A stretch of 64,000 nucleotides of DNA from assembly GCA_012295275.1 (NCBI GenBank), contig CM022665.1:1178001-1242000 (forward strand). Reading direction: 5' to 3'. Shown piece after piece: positions 12,354 through 26,700 of the stretch. A program made the translations under genes and the position numbers. Below the pieces are notes generated by a model. The model saw nothing but the letters and a program-made list of their open reading frames with translations, made no database searches and had not been told where the DNA came from. Source of the DNA: Chrysomallon squamiferum (taxonomy: Eukaryota; Animalia; Mollusca). How positions within the stretch are numbered: position 1 is the first letter of the stretch; every line of letters starts with the position of its first letter.

Positions 12354-14699
12354 TGTATATATTTTTGTTTGTTTGAAAATAAATATTTAATAAACCACAG
12401 CATGCTATAATTATAAATACAAATTATACAAAAGCAGTAAAACATAATATAGAATTAATAAAGCGAACAAATTAACATTCCCTGGCGAAAAATTACATTA
12501 TTTTCATTTGAACAGACAGGCATAGATCTGTTATACTTGAATAAAAACAGTCTATATCAAATTTGATTTTATACACAAAAAAAAAAAAAAAAAAACAACA
12601 ACAAAAAAACATTGTGTTGTCTAAACAGCAATTATGATTTATTAATAACATACAAAACAAATTTGGAGATAAAAAAATATTAGACATGCAGGATACAAAT
12701 TATGCTCCAGTATATTGCTGCATATCATGTATGTTAATCTTTCTGTGTGTAAAAAGGTAAAATATAAGGAATGCTTGTTCAGTAACATTTTACTGTAATA
12801 GTTATAATTTATCTAAAATGATAACTAAGTTTGTTGTAATAGTTGTATTTATGTTTTATAACATACTTTTTTTTTTTTTACCCTGGTTGCAAAGGATTAA
12901 AGGAATCAAATGCAATGCCCTTACCATGCTCTTCCCTGCAAAATGTGCCATTTATAAATTTAAACAAAACAAAAAACAGAATAAAAAAATAAAAACAATT
13001 GGTAAAATAAAATTTTAAAAAATAAAAAATAAAAAATAAAATAATAAATATCAGAAAAAAATAAAAAAATGTTTTTAAGAATTGTTTAAATTACAATTTA
13101 TAACAATTCAAACTGTCACTACTCTTTAGACAAAATATTTTCTGTAACTGTCAAGTCAAGCTACCTAATATTTCCCTAGAATAAATACGTTATGTCACAA
13201 ACTGAACCAATGTATCACAGTTTGTCAGAGAGAGCATACTGCCAGCAGCAGCTCTGATAAAACAGTTGTATATACATCTCTAGACAAAGCAAAAATATAC
13301 ACTAACAGAAGTTTGAGAAAACAACCACACTGTTGTGTTGTTGGTATGCATCTCATATACTACAATTAATTTGGTTTAAAGCAAAGTCATAAATATTAAC
13401 TGAAAGGTTTGTACATTTCAGCAGTGTCAGATTTTAACATGAGTAAATATTGTTTCTTACAGTCACCGATTTATGTTTCTTATTAAATAATATTATTCTT
13501 TATATAACAAAGAATAATATAATTTAATAAGAAACAGAAATTTACTTTTTGCTCTCATTTTTTTTCTTTCAAGAGTAAATATGCCATTATGTTTTGCAGA
13601 AAAAGAAAATTTCACCCTTAGCAAAAGTAATAATCTGCATTAAATGTAACCGTACCCCTAATCAACTGTACATTAAGTGCAATAACATAAGGTATTATAT
13701 ACAAAGGTAAGTAATCCTTTGCTGAGGTTTTTGAAAAATAATTAACAAGTATCAGAAAAACAAATAAAAAATACTATTAGTGTTCATTATTAATTATCTA
13801 GGAAACTTATTTATTCTTATATTCTGTAAAGATGCAAGGAATATACATGAGATGATAAAAGTTCAATGGTTAATTATAAAAACACAAATGTCAGTAATTT
13901 TAAATTAATTCTTGTTTTCTTTTTGTAAGACACTGTATCCTTATTAACAGAAATAAAAAAAATAAAAATGAAAATGGAGGAATAAATACTGATAAAAATA
14001 ACAACACTGATAAACTATTATATGAATTATTTTAAACATGTGATTAAAAATTTCAAAAACAATTTTAAAATATCTGGTTTAAAAAATAAAATAAAATTTC
14101 TGTATTTAAGCTCTGTATACATTAATCAATACTGAATGATTTATTAAACACAAACATATCTGTTATTAAATATTAAGTAAATAATTGGTTATGTATCACT
14201 TTTAAGTATTGAACTAAGATGTTGACAAAATTCTTTCTTAAAAATAAAGACAAAATAAACTGGTTCACTTTTAAACTGATATAAAATTATGTGAATACAT
14301 TTTGTGCATTTCCAAGGGATTCTGTTTATTGTCATCATAAAATGATGAAAGGAAACAAAATGTATTATAAATCATCTAAAAAAAATTATACTCGCAAGTT
14401 ATTATTTTATTTGGTCTGGCAACATATTAATAACAAATTTTGATAACAGAATAATACTGTTGTGTAATAACTGAATGACATTATTTTACTACTTTACAAC
14501 AAAATCATTTTCTTACTTAGTAGATCATAGCAAGCTTCTAAATCCTTCACAAAACATGTAAATAATGTTGCTGCATGGTGAACATATCAAATTCTTTAAA
14601 CACAATTACCATAAATCAGTTTCAAATGATAGCTTTGTCACTGTGGCCAATAAAACATATTTAATGCATCCATATATACAATCAGGATGGATGATACTG

Positions 14700-14901
14700 T
14701 GGTAAATGCTTCTGCTAAAATAGCGAAAAATCTGAAAACCCAATTACTCTAAAAATGAAAATGTCTGTGTGTACGTGTGTGTATATATATATATATATTT
14801 GTGCGTGGGTCTTAAAATTTATAAATAATTTAATAGCTTGCTACTAGTAGAAACTTTGTGAATTTAATTTAGCAACCAGCTATACTTAGCAAGATTTTAC
14901 A
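14700..14901. mobile_element. Possible degenerate MITE
   Basis: Left GGTAAATGCTTCTGCTAAAATAGC is loosely complementary to right GCTATACTTAGCAAGATTTTAC; no TSD confirmed. Confidence 0.3.
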
Positions 14902-15444
14902 AATACCGTGTTGTTATACTTTGTTACCAATTAAAATCAGATGACAAAAACCAAATAAAATTAACTTGAAGTATGCAGAATACTTTAAGACTATTTCTTA
15001 GCATCATCAAAAGTACACTTTAATTTATAAATTTTTTAATTAGCAACAGATGGAAGTTGTCAAAAAAAAGTATTAAGACTTATTTTAGGTTCATTTTCAT
15101 GCAAATAAAATTTTAAGTAAAAGCAGTTAAATTCCACACGTTTAATAGTTTTAGTAACCAAAACTGAAAAATAATAAAAAACAAAATAAATAAATAAATA
15201 AAGGAAAGAAAATCATCATAATATGTTTAAAATGTTTTGGTGTCTATTTTATAATCCTGGTTATGTTAAAACCATGGTCTAATTTACTCAAGTTTTTAAT
15301 GCTATAGATCCATACCCATTTGATAGTGTTCTTTTTAAATCCACATCTTTAGAACTTGGTTTGGGGTTGGGTTTTTTACTCCTTTTCTTTATTTATTTAT
15401 ACATTTTATTATTATCATTCTTTTTTCACTTTTCTTTTTTTGGC

Positions 15445-17663
15445 TCAGAAGAATTCTCCTTCCACTTCATCATATACCTATAAAATTAAATTAAAAATAT
15501 ATCATAATCAACACTAAATTTTAGAGAAGATAATTTAATATTAACATAACCTGATATCTTCTTTTTCTATTTAAATAAAATGTCAACTGATTTTATAATA
15601 CATTAAGCATAAAATTTTTCATTATAAAATAATTCTTAACAGTATTTAAATTTCTGAAAAGTTCTTATTACTTTAAGTCACAAATTTTACTTTTTGTTGT
15701 TATTTTTTTCATTTTAATGTAAAGAAAATACAAACTGATAATGCACATTTTTGTACATTTCATTTTCATGCAGTTGATTTGCTCATCAGAAAGTCAGTAA
15801 TAATTATTATTATGTAAAATAAAATTTAAAATGATTATAGATTACCTTTGTAAATGTATGCTCATGGAGTTGGCTTGCTGTCCATCGTTTTGCTGGGTCA
15901 TGTTCAAAACAATGAGAGAGAAAATCTTTTCCTTCAGAACTGAGGCATTCTGGGATACATGGTGTTCCACCCATTCCAACCTTGAACATTATCTGATAGT
16001 TATTTTCCGCATCATGCCATGGTCTCTGTCAAATACACACAGAATGTTATTTGTCTGACTTATATAAATACACAAGTTGAAAAACTGTTACCAAAAATTG
16101 TAGTAAACATTGTTTCCCAAGGTTTTAATTTACTATTATAAAACTTAAATAATGTTTATATTTTTTGACAAACAATCTTGGCTTGTCCAGTGTGATAAAA
16201 CTGTAGACCAAAATTTAATTCTATACAAGTCATAATAATTAGAACAAATTGGAATGTTTGCACATCTGTAGAGTTCAAAGAGTCATGAGAATTTAAAAAA
16301 CATTAAAAAAAAAAGAATCCCATTTTGATCAAAATATATATTCATAAATTTTGTAATTTATAGTGTCTCATAATGCCAGTTGTTAAATTTAAACATTTAT
16401 GAAAAATGTTGACTTTGTACAGAAATTAGAGCAAAATTTAAAAGTATTACCACTGTGATGAAAATAGTGGAATAAGGATCTGGAATGCAATATTTTACAT
16501 AATTCAGCTGCATAATATGTTCAACAGCATCGTTTTAAATACCACTATTATATAATAGGGATTACTTCACAGACCTATTATTGTAATAACTTAAATATAT
16601 GTGTAAAATATATAACAAGGTTTGCTATGGTCAATACACATTTATAAAAATAACATTTAAGTCCTAATATTACAAAAAAGATGTTAGTATACCTTTCCTG
16701 TTACCATCTCAACTACAACACATCCCAAACTCCAAATGTCTGCTGCACGACCATGTCCATCTTTGTCATTCTGTGTGATTACTTCAGGAGCCATATAAGC
16801 TGAAACAAAGGTGAAAATATACACACACTTTAGACTTACTCCTACATTATGTTGTTTTGCACATATGTTGGCAACAGACAAGGAATATTTCAGTTAACAT
16901 ACTTTTACAGTTACATTATTTTGGATGATGGAAAGTTAGTGCTGAACTTTATCCCATTTTATCTGCACCAACTTTACCACTGTCAGTTAAATCTGGTGAA
17001 AGTGGAAAACTAGCTAGTAGCATTGATTCAGAATTAAGCTAGATATAATAAAATGCAGTGGTGACTGATATTGTTTGATGATTTGCACAAGGCCAATATG
17101 CCGATAATTCTTAGCTGTGTGTGAAAATACAGTATGTCTGAAATATATCTACATTACTTACATTAATTCCTCTTTACATGCCATTTCAATCTTTATGTTT
17201 TAATGGTATGCCATTGACTATGTACACCAATGGCTGCTTGTAGCATTTTTTATAATATATGTAAACACACACACACACACATTTTAAAAACATATAGATA
17301 GATAGATACAAAACAAATAATTTGGAATTATAACTATAAAATACTTAAATCCTGGTAAATTAATGAAATGATTTTTATAAAAATGTTACAAAAGGAAGAA
17401 TTTTACATTTTTAATATGAATTAAACTTTGAACTATAGAACATTCTTTGTTACTACAAATGTATCACAAATAATGCTGAATAAAAATGTTTTGTTAAGAA
17501 GTGTTTTACCCATAGTTCCAGCCAAGTTGTTGATCTCTCCTAACATGGTCGTATGATCCTTGAGTTTGACTGAGCAACCAAAGTCACCAAGTTTCACCTT
17601 GCCATTTGATGTGATAAAGATATTTGCTCCTGTAAAAATAATTACAAGTTACAAACATGAATA

Positions 17664-17709
<46 letters not shown>

Positions 17710-20700
17710 TAAATTTACCAAAGAGTGCAATAAACTATACTTGAACTATTTTTAAAAAATGTCTTAATCTAAATTCATTAAATTAAAATGTTAAAAGCAG
17801 TAATAATAATAACTGGGGGAAAAAAATAAGCAAAATCTTAACAAGTGTGTACCTGTAATAACCATCTTCTCCCTAATCACCTATAGTATTAATAGTTTTA
17901 TGCTGCCATCTGTCTCAAAACAATACATTTTAACTTTTATTTTAGGGGAACTGTACAAAGCTCTTGACACATTAAACCCCACATTACAACCTCATTCTAA
18001 AAATGTCAACATAGCTGTGTACCTTTAATATCTCTGTGTATAATACTGTTCTCATGCAAGTGCTGGACAGCAATGAGAATTTCTTTGGTGTATCGTCGAC
18101 TGACACTCTCTGGTAAGCCGATCTTTGCTGCTTCCTCAATGGTGCCACGATCACAATACTCCATGAAAATCAACATTTCATCTTTGTGAACCTCAACACC
18201 ATAATACTTCACTAGATTGGGGTGCTGGATTCCCTCAAAGTTCTTTATCTCATCAGCAATTTCTCTGAAAGCTTGTTGGTCATTTGGCTGAATTTTCATC
18301 TGTGCATAACAAAGAAAGCATGTTTATACATTCAGTGCAGGCTTCTCTTGCAATCAGCAATCAAACATTTTATGCTATACTTTTAAAATTTGTACAATAA
18401 ATGCAAGAACCTTTTTACAATATTCCAATGTGTTTTTTTTTTCTTATTTCACATGTAATTAACCAATTCTGTAACCTGAGTTACAATAATTAATCAGTAA
18501 ACTTAATCATGTTTCATAGTAAACAAACCTCCTTCATAGCCATCAATTCTCCAGTCTCTACATTCACTGCAGTGTACACTTTTCCAAACTGCCCTTCACC
18601 TACAATAAAAATAAAAGATCAGACTTAAGATTTTTTATATACCTTTTTATAATCATGATAGTGAAATGTGAAAAAAGGTTATTCAAGTAAGCCTTAAAGA
18701 TAATTTGCTTAATTCCCTATTTAATGAAAACTGAAAATTTAATTACAATGTATTCAAATGAAAATCTCAATATTCAGTTGTTTACATAACATATTATAAC
18801 ATTAAATAAAATTAAAAATAAAGAAAAGTAAATAATAATAAAGAAATATGTAAATAATAAAAAGGAAGATATTGATGATTTTTTTCTTTTAATTATAAAA
18901 CATTTGCTGTCGATTTATGAGCGTAATATATCACCTCAAGCTGAACAGTATACTGAACATATTTTTTATTTCTCACCTATCTTAATTCCACGCTGCCACC
19001 TGAAGTTCACACGTCTCACACTGATGTGATGATCAATTTCTCGACCCCGCTCTGTGACACGCCCAATTATGTGTTTCTCTCGCAGTTTGGCATTTCTGTG
19101 TTGTTCTAGTCTGTCTATTGCTCTCTGAATACGATCACCACGAGATAAATTTGACAGAGATTCACCTGAAAGAGCTGTTTAAAATACAAAGAATATAGTT
19201 TATTGTTATAAAATCAGAATGAAATTTAGATTAACTACATAACAGGGTGAAGAACTGCAAAATATTAAGCTTTCCTATTCATACTAAAGAGTAAGTTTTA
19301 AGATAGTTATGTAACTGGAACAATTTTTTTTTTTATATCACAGAAGTTATCCCTAGAAAATTTCAAACAATCATTAAAAATGATTATGTAAAATGCTTAA
19401 TTAAAATGATTGTGCAAAGTATAAGCAAAATATCTGAAGATTTCTTTTCATTAGTTCATTACATTTACCATAATAACTGAGAGAGAGGATGAAAAAAAAA
19501 GTCTCTTACTAATATTTGTATGTTTTTTTTTATAAATATTTTACATACAAAAGTTAACAGTCATTATATATAGCTCTTGTGTGCAATATTTCAAAACATA
19601 TCAGAAAATGAAGAGGCAACTGCAAAAGGGCTTAGATCAATTTTTGTCACAACTGAGTTTGATGCCCTGACTGTTAGCAATTAACCATAGCTTCATGATG
19701 ACAAATAAGTAGGTGTAAATTCACTGACATCCAGTAGCAAAGGATCAAAGTATTTTTATTGATGTACAAAAGAGCTTACATCAGTTTAAATTTGTCTGTA
19801 CATTTTCCTTAAAATGGACAGTTTGCTTTTTTGTTAGGTTGATGAATTTGATTACATATATATATATAATTGACTACTTACAAGCATCAGCAGAGCTAGG
19901 TGTTCCTGGGGTTGATGGTGTAGAAAGACCAGATGTCACTGGGGCTGGCTCACTGCTGGCTGACCTGTTTGAGATAGACCTGGTCATTCTAGACTGTTCT
20001 GGCCACGACACAAGTCGCTGCATGTTGTGTCGACTGTTGTGACTCAGGTCAACCATACTGCTGCCTTTGAGAAGAGGAACTCCAGCTGATAAAACCAGAT
20101 GCAACTTTTAATGTTATTACATGTCAAAAAGAAACTACATGTACATAAAATCACTTAATAATAATGTACTGGACTAATGAAAATAATAAACAGTGAAAAA
20201 AGTCTGTTACCATGTGTAGGACTGCTTGAAGCACTCCGATCAACTGATCCAATCACGTGAGTGAGACAGTCATTGATACTCTGTTTCAAATCCTGTAATA
20301 ATGAAATCAGCCTGTAAGCTCTTCACTGATTGTAACAGCAAACAGTGAATTCATATTTAGTTTTTTTAATAAGATGTTTTTAACTTCAGGAAACTAATTA
20401 CTAAATAAAATAATTTTGACCTTAAGAGCAACATTTATCTAGATAATTTTGTATCATGGAAAGAAAAATTATATTTATTATCATGCAGTAATAACAACAT
20501 TAATTTCTCTTAGAAGTTAATATTCATTCTATAAACATTTAGTAGCAGAATAAACAGCATTAATCTTAAAATATACAAATGAAAAACTGAATATCTAATT
20601 TTCACACATATTTGACATGGATTAATCAAAGATAATTTTAACCATAATTTAAAATTAGTTTATAAGTTTTCAGTCATGTAACTTTCCTTTCTCATTTTCT

Positions 20701-23700
20701 TTAATACATTACCTGAAATTCTTCTTCTGTAAGTAAAGCTAAAATTCTTGGTTCACATGCAACTGTTAAAAAGTCGAAGCCTTGATTTGCCCATCTGAAA
20801 GATAAAACAATAGTGTCAAAATGAAACCACATTCCAAATACATTAGACAGCTTAATTATGTCTCTGTATCAAATAAAAAGTCCACCACAGAATTATAATC
20901 CACTCATTTGGATAAATCTATAAATTCTTTCGACATATTTAATTTATAATGCACCACTGATTGGTAGTATTCCTTTGTACAGAAAAAAAAAAAAAAAAAA
21001 AGTTTTTTGAATACTGAATATTGATGACAGTGTTAAAATATACCTTTGAAATTTACAAAGTGTTATTTCTTTATGCCACTATCCTTTAAGAAAATATTGT
21101 GTTCCTCAGAATTTAAACAAAACAAACCAACCTTGGACGAATTCCTCTTCCTGTCTCACATTTCTCATGTATGAATTTCATCCAGTCTTTGGCAAAATTA
21201 ACAAGGCCTCTTCCCAGTTTTTGACGCTGCTCACCAGAAACAAGTCTCAAAACCTCTTTGTAGTACTACAAAATAATTTATTTATTAAAAAAAAACTTTT
21301 TTTTTTTTTTTTTAAATTAAGGATATAACAACAATAATGGACAGATGAGTTTAACTAAAGTCAAAATACTTTCCTGTGAATACATTTCAATTTATTTTAT
21401 ATTTCATTATTTTTAAATGTAATTTTTGCAGAATTTGTTTTGAATAAGAGGCTGTATTGCATGTACCTCAAAACCAAAGTTGTAACATTGCAGCATGGTC
21501 TCCCGATACAGTTTCAGTAAGTGGTTTCTCTCCATGTCTTCCAGCTGAGAAATCTCTTCAAAGTTGAGTTTTTCATCAACCTGCTTGATTGCCTTAGCTA
21601 CTTTATCTCTTAGGTCAATTGCATTTGTCTGTTACAATGATAAAAATAATATATCAGAAGATAAATTTATATGTGAAGATATGCATGTAAAAAAACAAAT
21701 AATCCACATTTTTGGCATTTTTATTTTTTGGTACCATAATACTAAGTAAACCATATTGGATTTATTCAAGCAAACAGTACCTTCATACATAAATTAACAG
21801 AAACTGTATCAAAATCATTTCTAAACAATATCAGACTGGCTGATAGCAACAACCTGGAAAAGTAAATTGCTTTTCTTTTTTTTTTTTTTTAATTACCTTA
21901 ATGATGATACCTACAAAAGTTATGATAATTTTGTAAAAATAAGGATTTTGTGATGTGTTACTGTGTTTTTGCATGCATTATTATCAGATTATGTGTGTGT
22001 TTATTCTACTAAAAATAAAACAAAGGAATTTTATATCATATAATACTGTATAACCTACTTACAATGATGTAAATAATATTAAACTATACAGACAAGCCAA
22101 TGCAGATATAGATCTACTATGCAAAGTGCAACATACAACTGATTAATTTGCAGCAAGACAGTTCCCTGTCCAGTTTATAAGATAAATAAACAGAAAATGA
22201 TTTCCCCATAACCCACATGAATTTAAGAAAAACCAAATAATTATCTTTAAAAAACACACAAAATAATGAAATATGCAGAAGATGCCAGATTTCCATATCA
22301 TTCAGGATAAATTTGTTTTTGTTTTCTTGTAAGACTCACTTTAAGCTCCTGCAAGGCTTCAGCAATAGACTGGTGACAAGATGTTTGTTCATTTATCAAA
22401 TTAACAGTGTCACCCATCATCTGAGTAAAATCTTTACGCTGTATTTCAAGTCTGGAGGAATTAATTACTACCAACAGAAGGGCATCAACCTGAAACATAA
22501 TATCCAAACTGTATCTTTTTAACAGAAAGCAGCTGTAAATCTAATGTATCTCACTTATTAAAAACATCTATAAGATTTAGGTCTTTTAAATGTTAATGCA
22601 AGTATCCTGATTATATTATTAAACATTAATTATAATTCTTAAAAACTTGACTATTTACAACTGTTAATTCATGTTATTAACCAACAAAATACTTCAAATG
22701 TAATATACATTCAGTACATTTAAAAGGTCTTTTTTTTTTTTTAGAAGTAAAGATAATATAACAGCATATGCTAACAATAAAGGATGAAACAATATAATAA
22801 CTTCATATGAATGCATACACGATGCTGTTTTCCACCACCTCATGATTTCATTTCTCATGTGGTAGATTGATGACAGTGCAATGTTATGAAGATTTACTAA
22901 GACTATCAGAAACTTTTTTTTTATCTTTTGTATGTATAAAATTTCACAAAAATCAGTTATCTCTGCAGTTATTTGACTGTTATACTTCTTTATTGGCAAG
23001 GACCGGTTTCTAAACAAACAAAGCATTTACTTGTTTGTAATGAAAGATAGGAACAAAAATTTCAAATAATAAAACAAAACATGATGATGATGATGATGAT
23101 GATGGTAATAATAATAAACCAACCTGTATATGAGACAAAGCAATGGCAGTTTCTGCAGTTAATTCTACCTGAACTTTCTCCCCTGTCCAGGCTGGACATT
23201 CACGAGAGTGGTCAGTCCCTGCATCACAACGAAGCATCAACAAGTAACCATCCTCAGCAGGGGCCTGGTGGTCATCTTCTGCCTGGTGAAATGCTGGGTG
23301 ACTCGTCTCTTCACGACCACATGTTACATTGAGCAGCTGAAGAATCAGACGTTTGTTGGAGATGATACGGTTAGGGATGAAAAGCAGATATCCTGCACTT
23401 AATGGTGCATACAACTGAAAAATAAATACAACTCTAATAATTTAAAATAACAAAAAATTTAAATAAACTTTTTTGCATAAGTAATAAAACAAATATTTTT
23501 ATAAAAAATATACTAAATTTAAAAAGACATGACTTTTACCTTTTAAAGAATGCCTGGAACGAATAGAAAGAATGGTAATTATATTTTCAACACAATATAT
23601 TATCAATGCTTATTAGATGTCAAATACTGGTTTTAAATTTATAAACAATTTTGACAGACATCTGTTAGGTTATATAGTACAGTACACTTTTTAATAGATC

Positions 23701-26700
23701 AAAATATTAAAACTGACAAAAAATAAATAAATAAAAAAAATTAAAATAAGATAAGGAAAAAGATAGAAAATGTTAAAATTCAATACAGAAAATAAAAATA
23801 AAAATTTTAATAAAGGAATTTTTTTTAAATTTTAACATATAAAACTGAACTTTGAAATTCAATACACAAATGAAACTAACCCTGACATGTCCAGCTTCTC
23901 TGAGTTTCTCCAGTAGTTCTGCTGTAGTAACAGAAATATTGAAGTCAGCTGCTATCTCCAAATCCTGAAAATTAAAATTAAAGACAATGTCTTTCTTTGA
24001 AAATTAGCAGAAAAAAATAAAACAGATACAGGTACCAGACCAATTATCTGGCGTCCTGAAATCCAGAAAGACCAGAAAACCAGAAGTTTTTTCATAGTTC
24101 ACGTGTTGTTCTCACCAGATCGGAACTACTTGTTCAAGCCGTCGTGATGTTCATTCACTCGCCACATTGTTTACGTGTTGAGTCGCCACAGTTGTGTCAA
24201 TTTTCTTTATGTTTTTGATTTTAAAATGTTTGTCTAATTATTTACGTATATAGATGCCTTGGTACCAGAAAACCGGAAAATCCAGTAATGTGCAATGCCT
24301 CAGGCCCCAAGGAGTCCGGATAATTGGTCCGGTACCTGTAGTACTTTTTTGTTATTTCTACATTGATCAATGTATTATCTGCAAGTGAAGTGGATGTTTA
24401 TAATGGAAATATAAATAATATGCTTAGGCAAAATGGATTTATTTATGATCAGTATGGACCACTGAGAAATAAGAACTTTAATGATAATAACAAATGTGCT
24501 ACAAAAATTACTGATATATATATCTATACCTTTCTCAGCATTTTGGCAAATCCTAAAGCTTTGGAAGCCCTTTCCCTAGCTTCATGAAACAGATTCTTAA
24601 AGTTGCGACATGACACCTGAATGGAATGCCTGTAAAAAATACACACTGAACATTTCCTCAAATCCCACAAATACAAAAACTTATCAGTGATGATTTTCTC
24701 ATACATAAAGGAACATTTAAAACATTTTCTCTTACTTAAACAGAACTATATTTATAATGACTTTTTGGTCATTCATAAATGATAAATGAAGAACATTTTT
24801 ATTTTCTCAAGTCATTTTGAAATAAAAACAAAAAACAAATTATATGTAACAATCTTCCAGTATTACAAGACATACCTGAATTCTGAAGTTCTTCTAGAAG
24901 TGTTATGTGGATGTCTGTCATCTTTGCTAAGGTCTAACTCTTCCTCTCCATTTTCACTGGCCTCCTCATCCTGTGTACAGAAGTCTTGCAGAGATGTGGT
25001 GTATTCGTCTATTCCGTTGTCGAGGAAATCTGCTATAGAACTGAGAAGGCTACTCGCCAGAGTGCTGTATAAAATAACACAAAATTAATAAGTTAAAGCC
25101 AGAATAACTGTTGTAGTACTTTGGCAAATGTATATTTTTTAAAATGATATTTGCTTCAAAATGTTATTTACACTTTTTTTTTTATCTGTGGTTTGCTTTT
25201 TTTTTTTTCATTAACCATAGAATATCATTATCTTACACAGAGGATTGGGTGCCATGATATCTGAATTTTGTAAATTTTAATAGTTTTTAATACAATAATA
25301 AAAAATAATTACTATCAGTATAAACACAATATGTTATGACTATTTGATTTACTTTTCTTAAAAAAACAACACTATAATACTTGTATATCCTTAGTATCTG
25401 ACCTATGGTGTAGATATGAATTTCATACGAAATTAAATTTTTATATTACAGTAATTTTGCTACAGTCTGAATAGTGATCTCAGAAGAGTGATTTGTGTTT
25501 TAACTGGCAATTTTAAAAAAAATGCAGGATTTGCCTGTTCCAGTCATTACAAATTACCTGAATCTTTTACCAGCCTCAGCCTCCCCACCTAAAACATATG
25601 GACAAATCTGAATGGTAAAGAGCCATTCTTCTTCTAAAGCATTCTTCAGACTTCTAGATGCTTCAGGCAAACTCTGCAGCATGTACATCCAGTTTTGAAG
25701 GTATGAGAAATATACCTAAAAATATCAAAAATTGTGTTATTATTCATGCTAAATTTATTATTTTAAAATAATTAAATCTATTAGTATGTAAATTTTATTA
25801 TCTGTTCTGTTGCCTTAAATGTAAATATATTTGTAAATTTCAAACAGATTAATAACCATGAAAATAATTCTAAACACCCTTTTCAGTTCAGTAACTAAAA
25901 AAAGAAATGTTATCATGATCTTTCATCTTGTAAGATAACTGTAATTAAATAGCCCAAAAAATGTATTGATAACAAAGATAATAACCATACTGAGATTAAT
26001 TTTAGATATTTTATGCATGTCTTACATCAAGCATAGACTTCATATCTGAATCAAACTGTTCGAGGTCAGTGGCAAATTTTTCTTCTGCATCCTGATCATC
26101 CCACAATACAGCAGACACCATGTGTTGATAATACTGTTTTACTATAGCAGCTCCTCGTAGAACCTCTTTACACTCTCGTATCAGCTGAATTAAACAAAAA
26201 CAATGTGTTAGTAATAAACTATGTATTCCTGAACCTGCAATTTCTTTAAAACAAAGGTTATTAAAATAGGTCATTCTATGACAACTCAACCAGAGCTCCA
26301 ACTCTGATAAAATTTCACTCATTTGTGCATCCATATAAATGATGAGCATATGAGAATTTTTTCTCAACTTTGGACCCTAACAATATGTAACACTGCAAAT
26401 TTCAGCTGAATATCTTTATAATAAATAAAGTTAATAGCTTTCAAAAATTTCCAAAAAACATCTCGACATATTTGTGATCAACCGTAATTTCAAAATTAAT
26501 AAGAATCTTGGAAATGTTCATGAACTTGGTTGTTCTGATATGGAATGATCCAAATATTTGTTGTTGTTTGAAAGTACTGAAAAAGAATTTAATGCTGGTA
26601 TATATTTATTAATAGACTTACTTCAAAATCATAAAGTTTATTTATTAAAATATGTCTTCATTCAAACTGAGATTTTTTTTGGTCATGTTTTCTTAGGCAG

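Noticed and set aside
16929-16979. Imperfect hairpin in a MAP3K4 intron as a pre-miRNA
   Set aside because: The stem is only ~17 bp with mismatches, which is insufficient without small-RNA data
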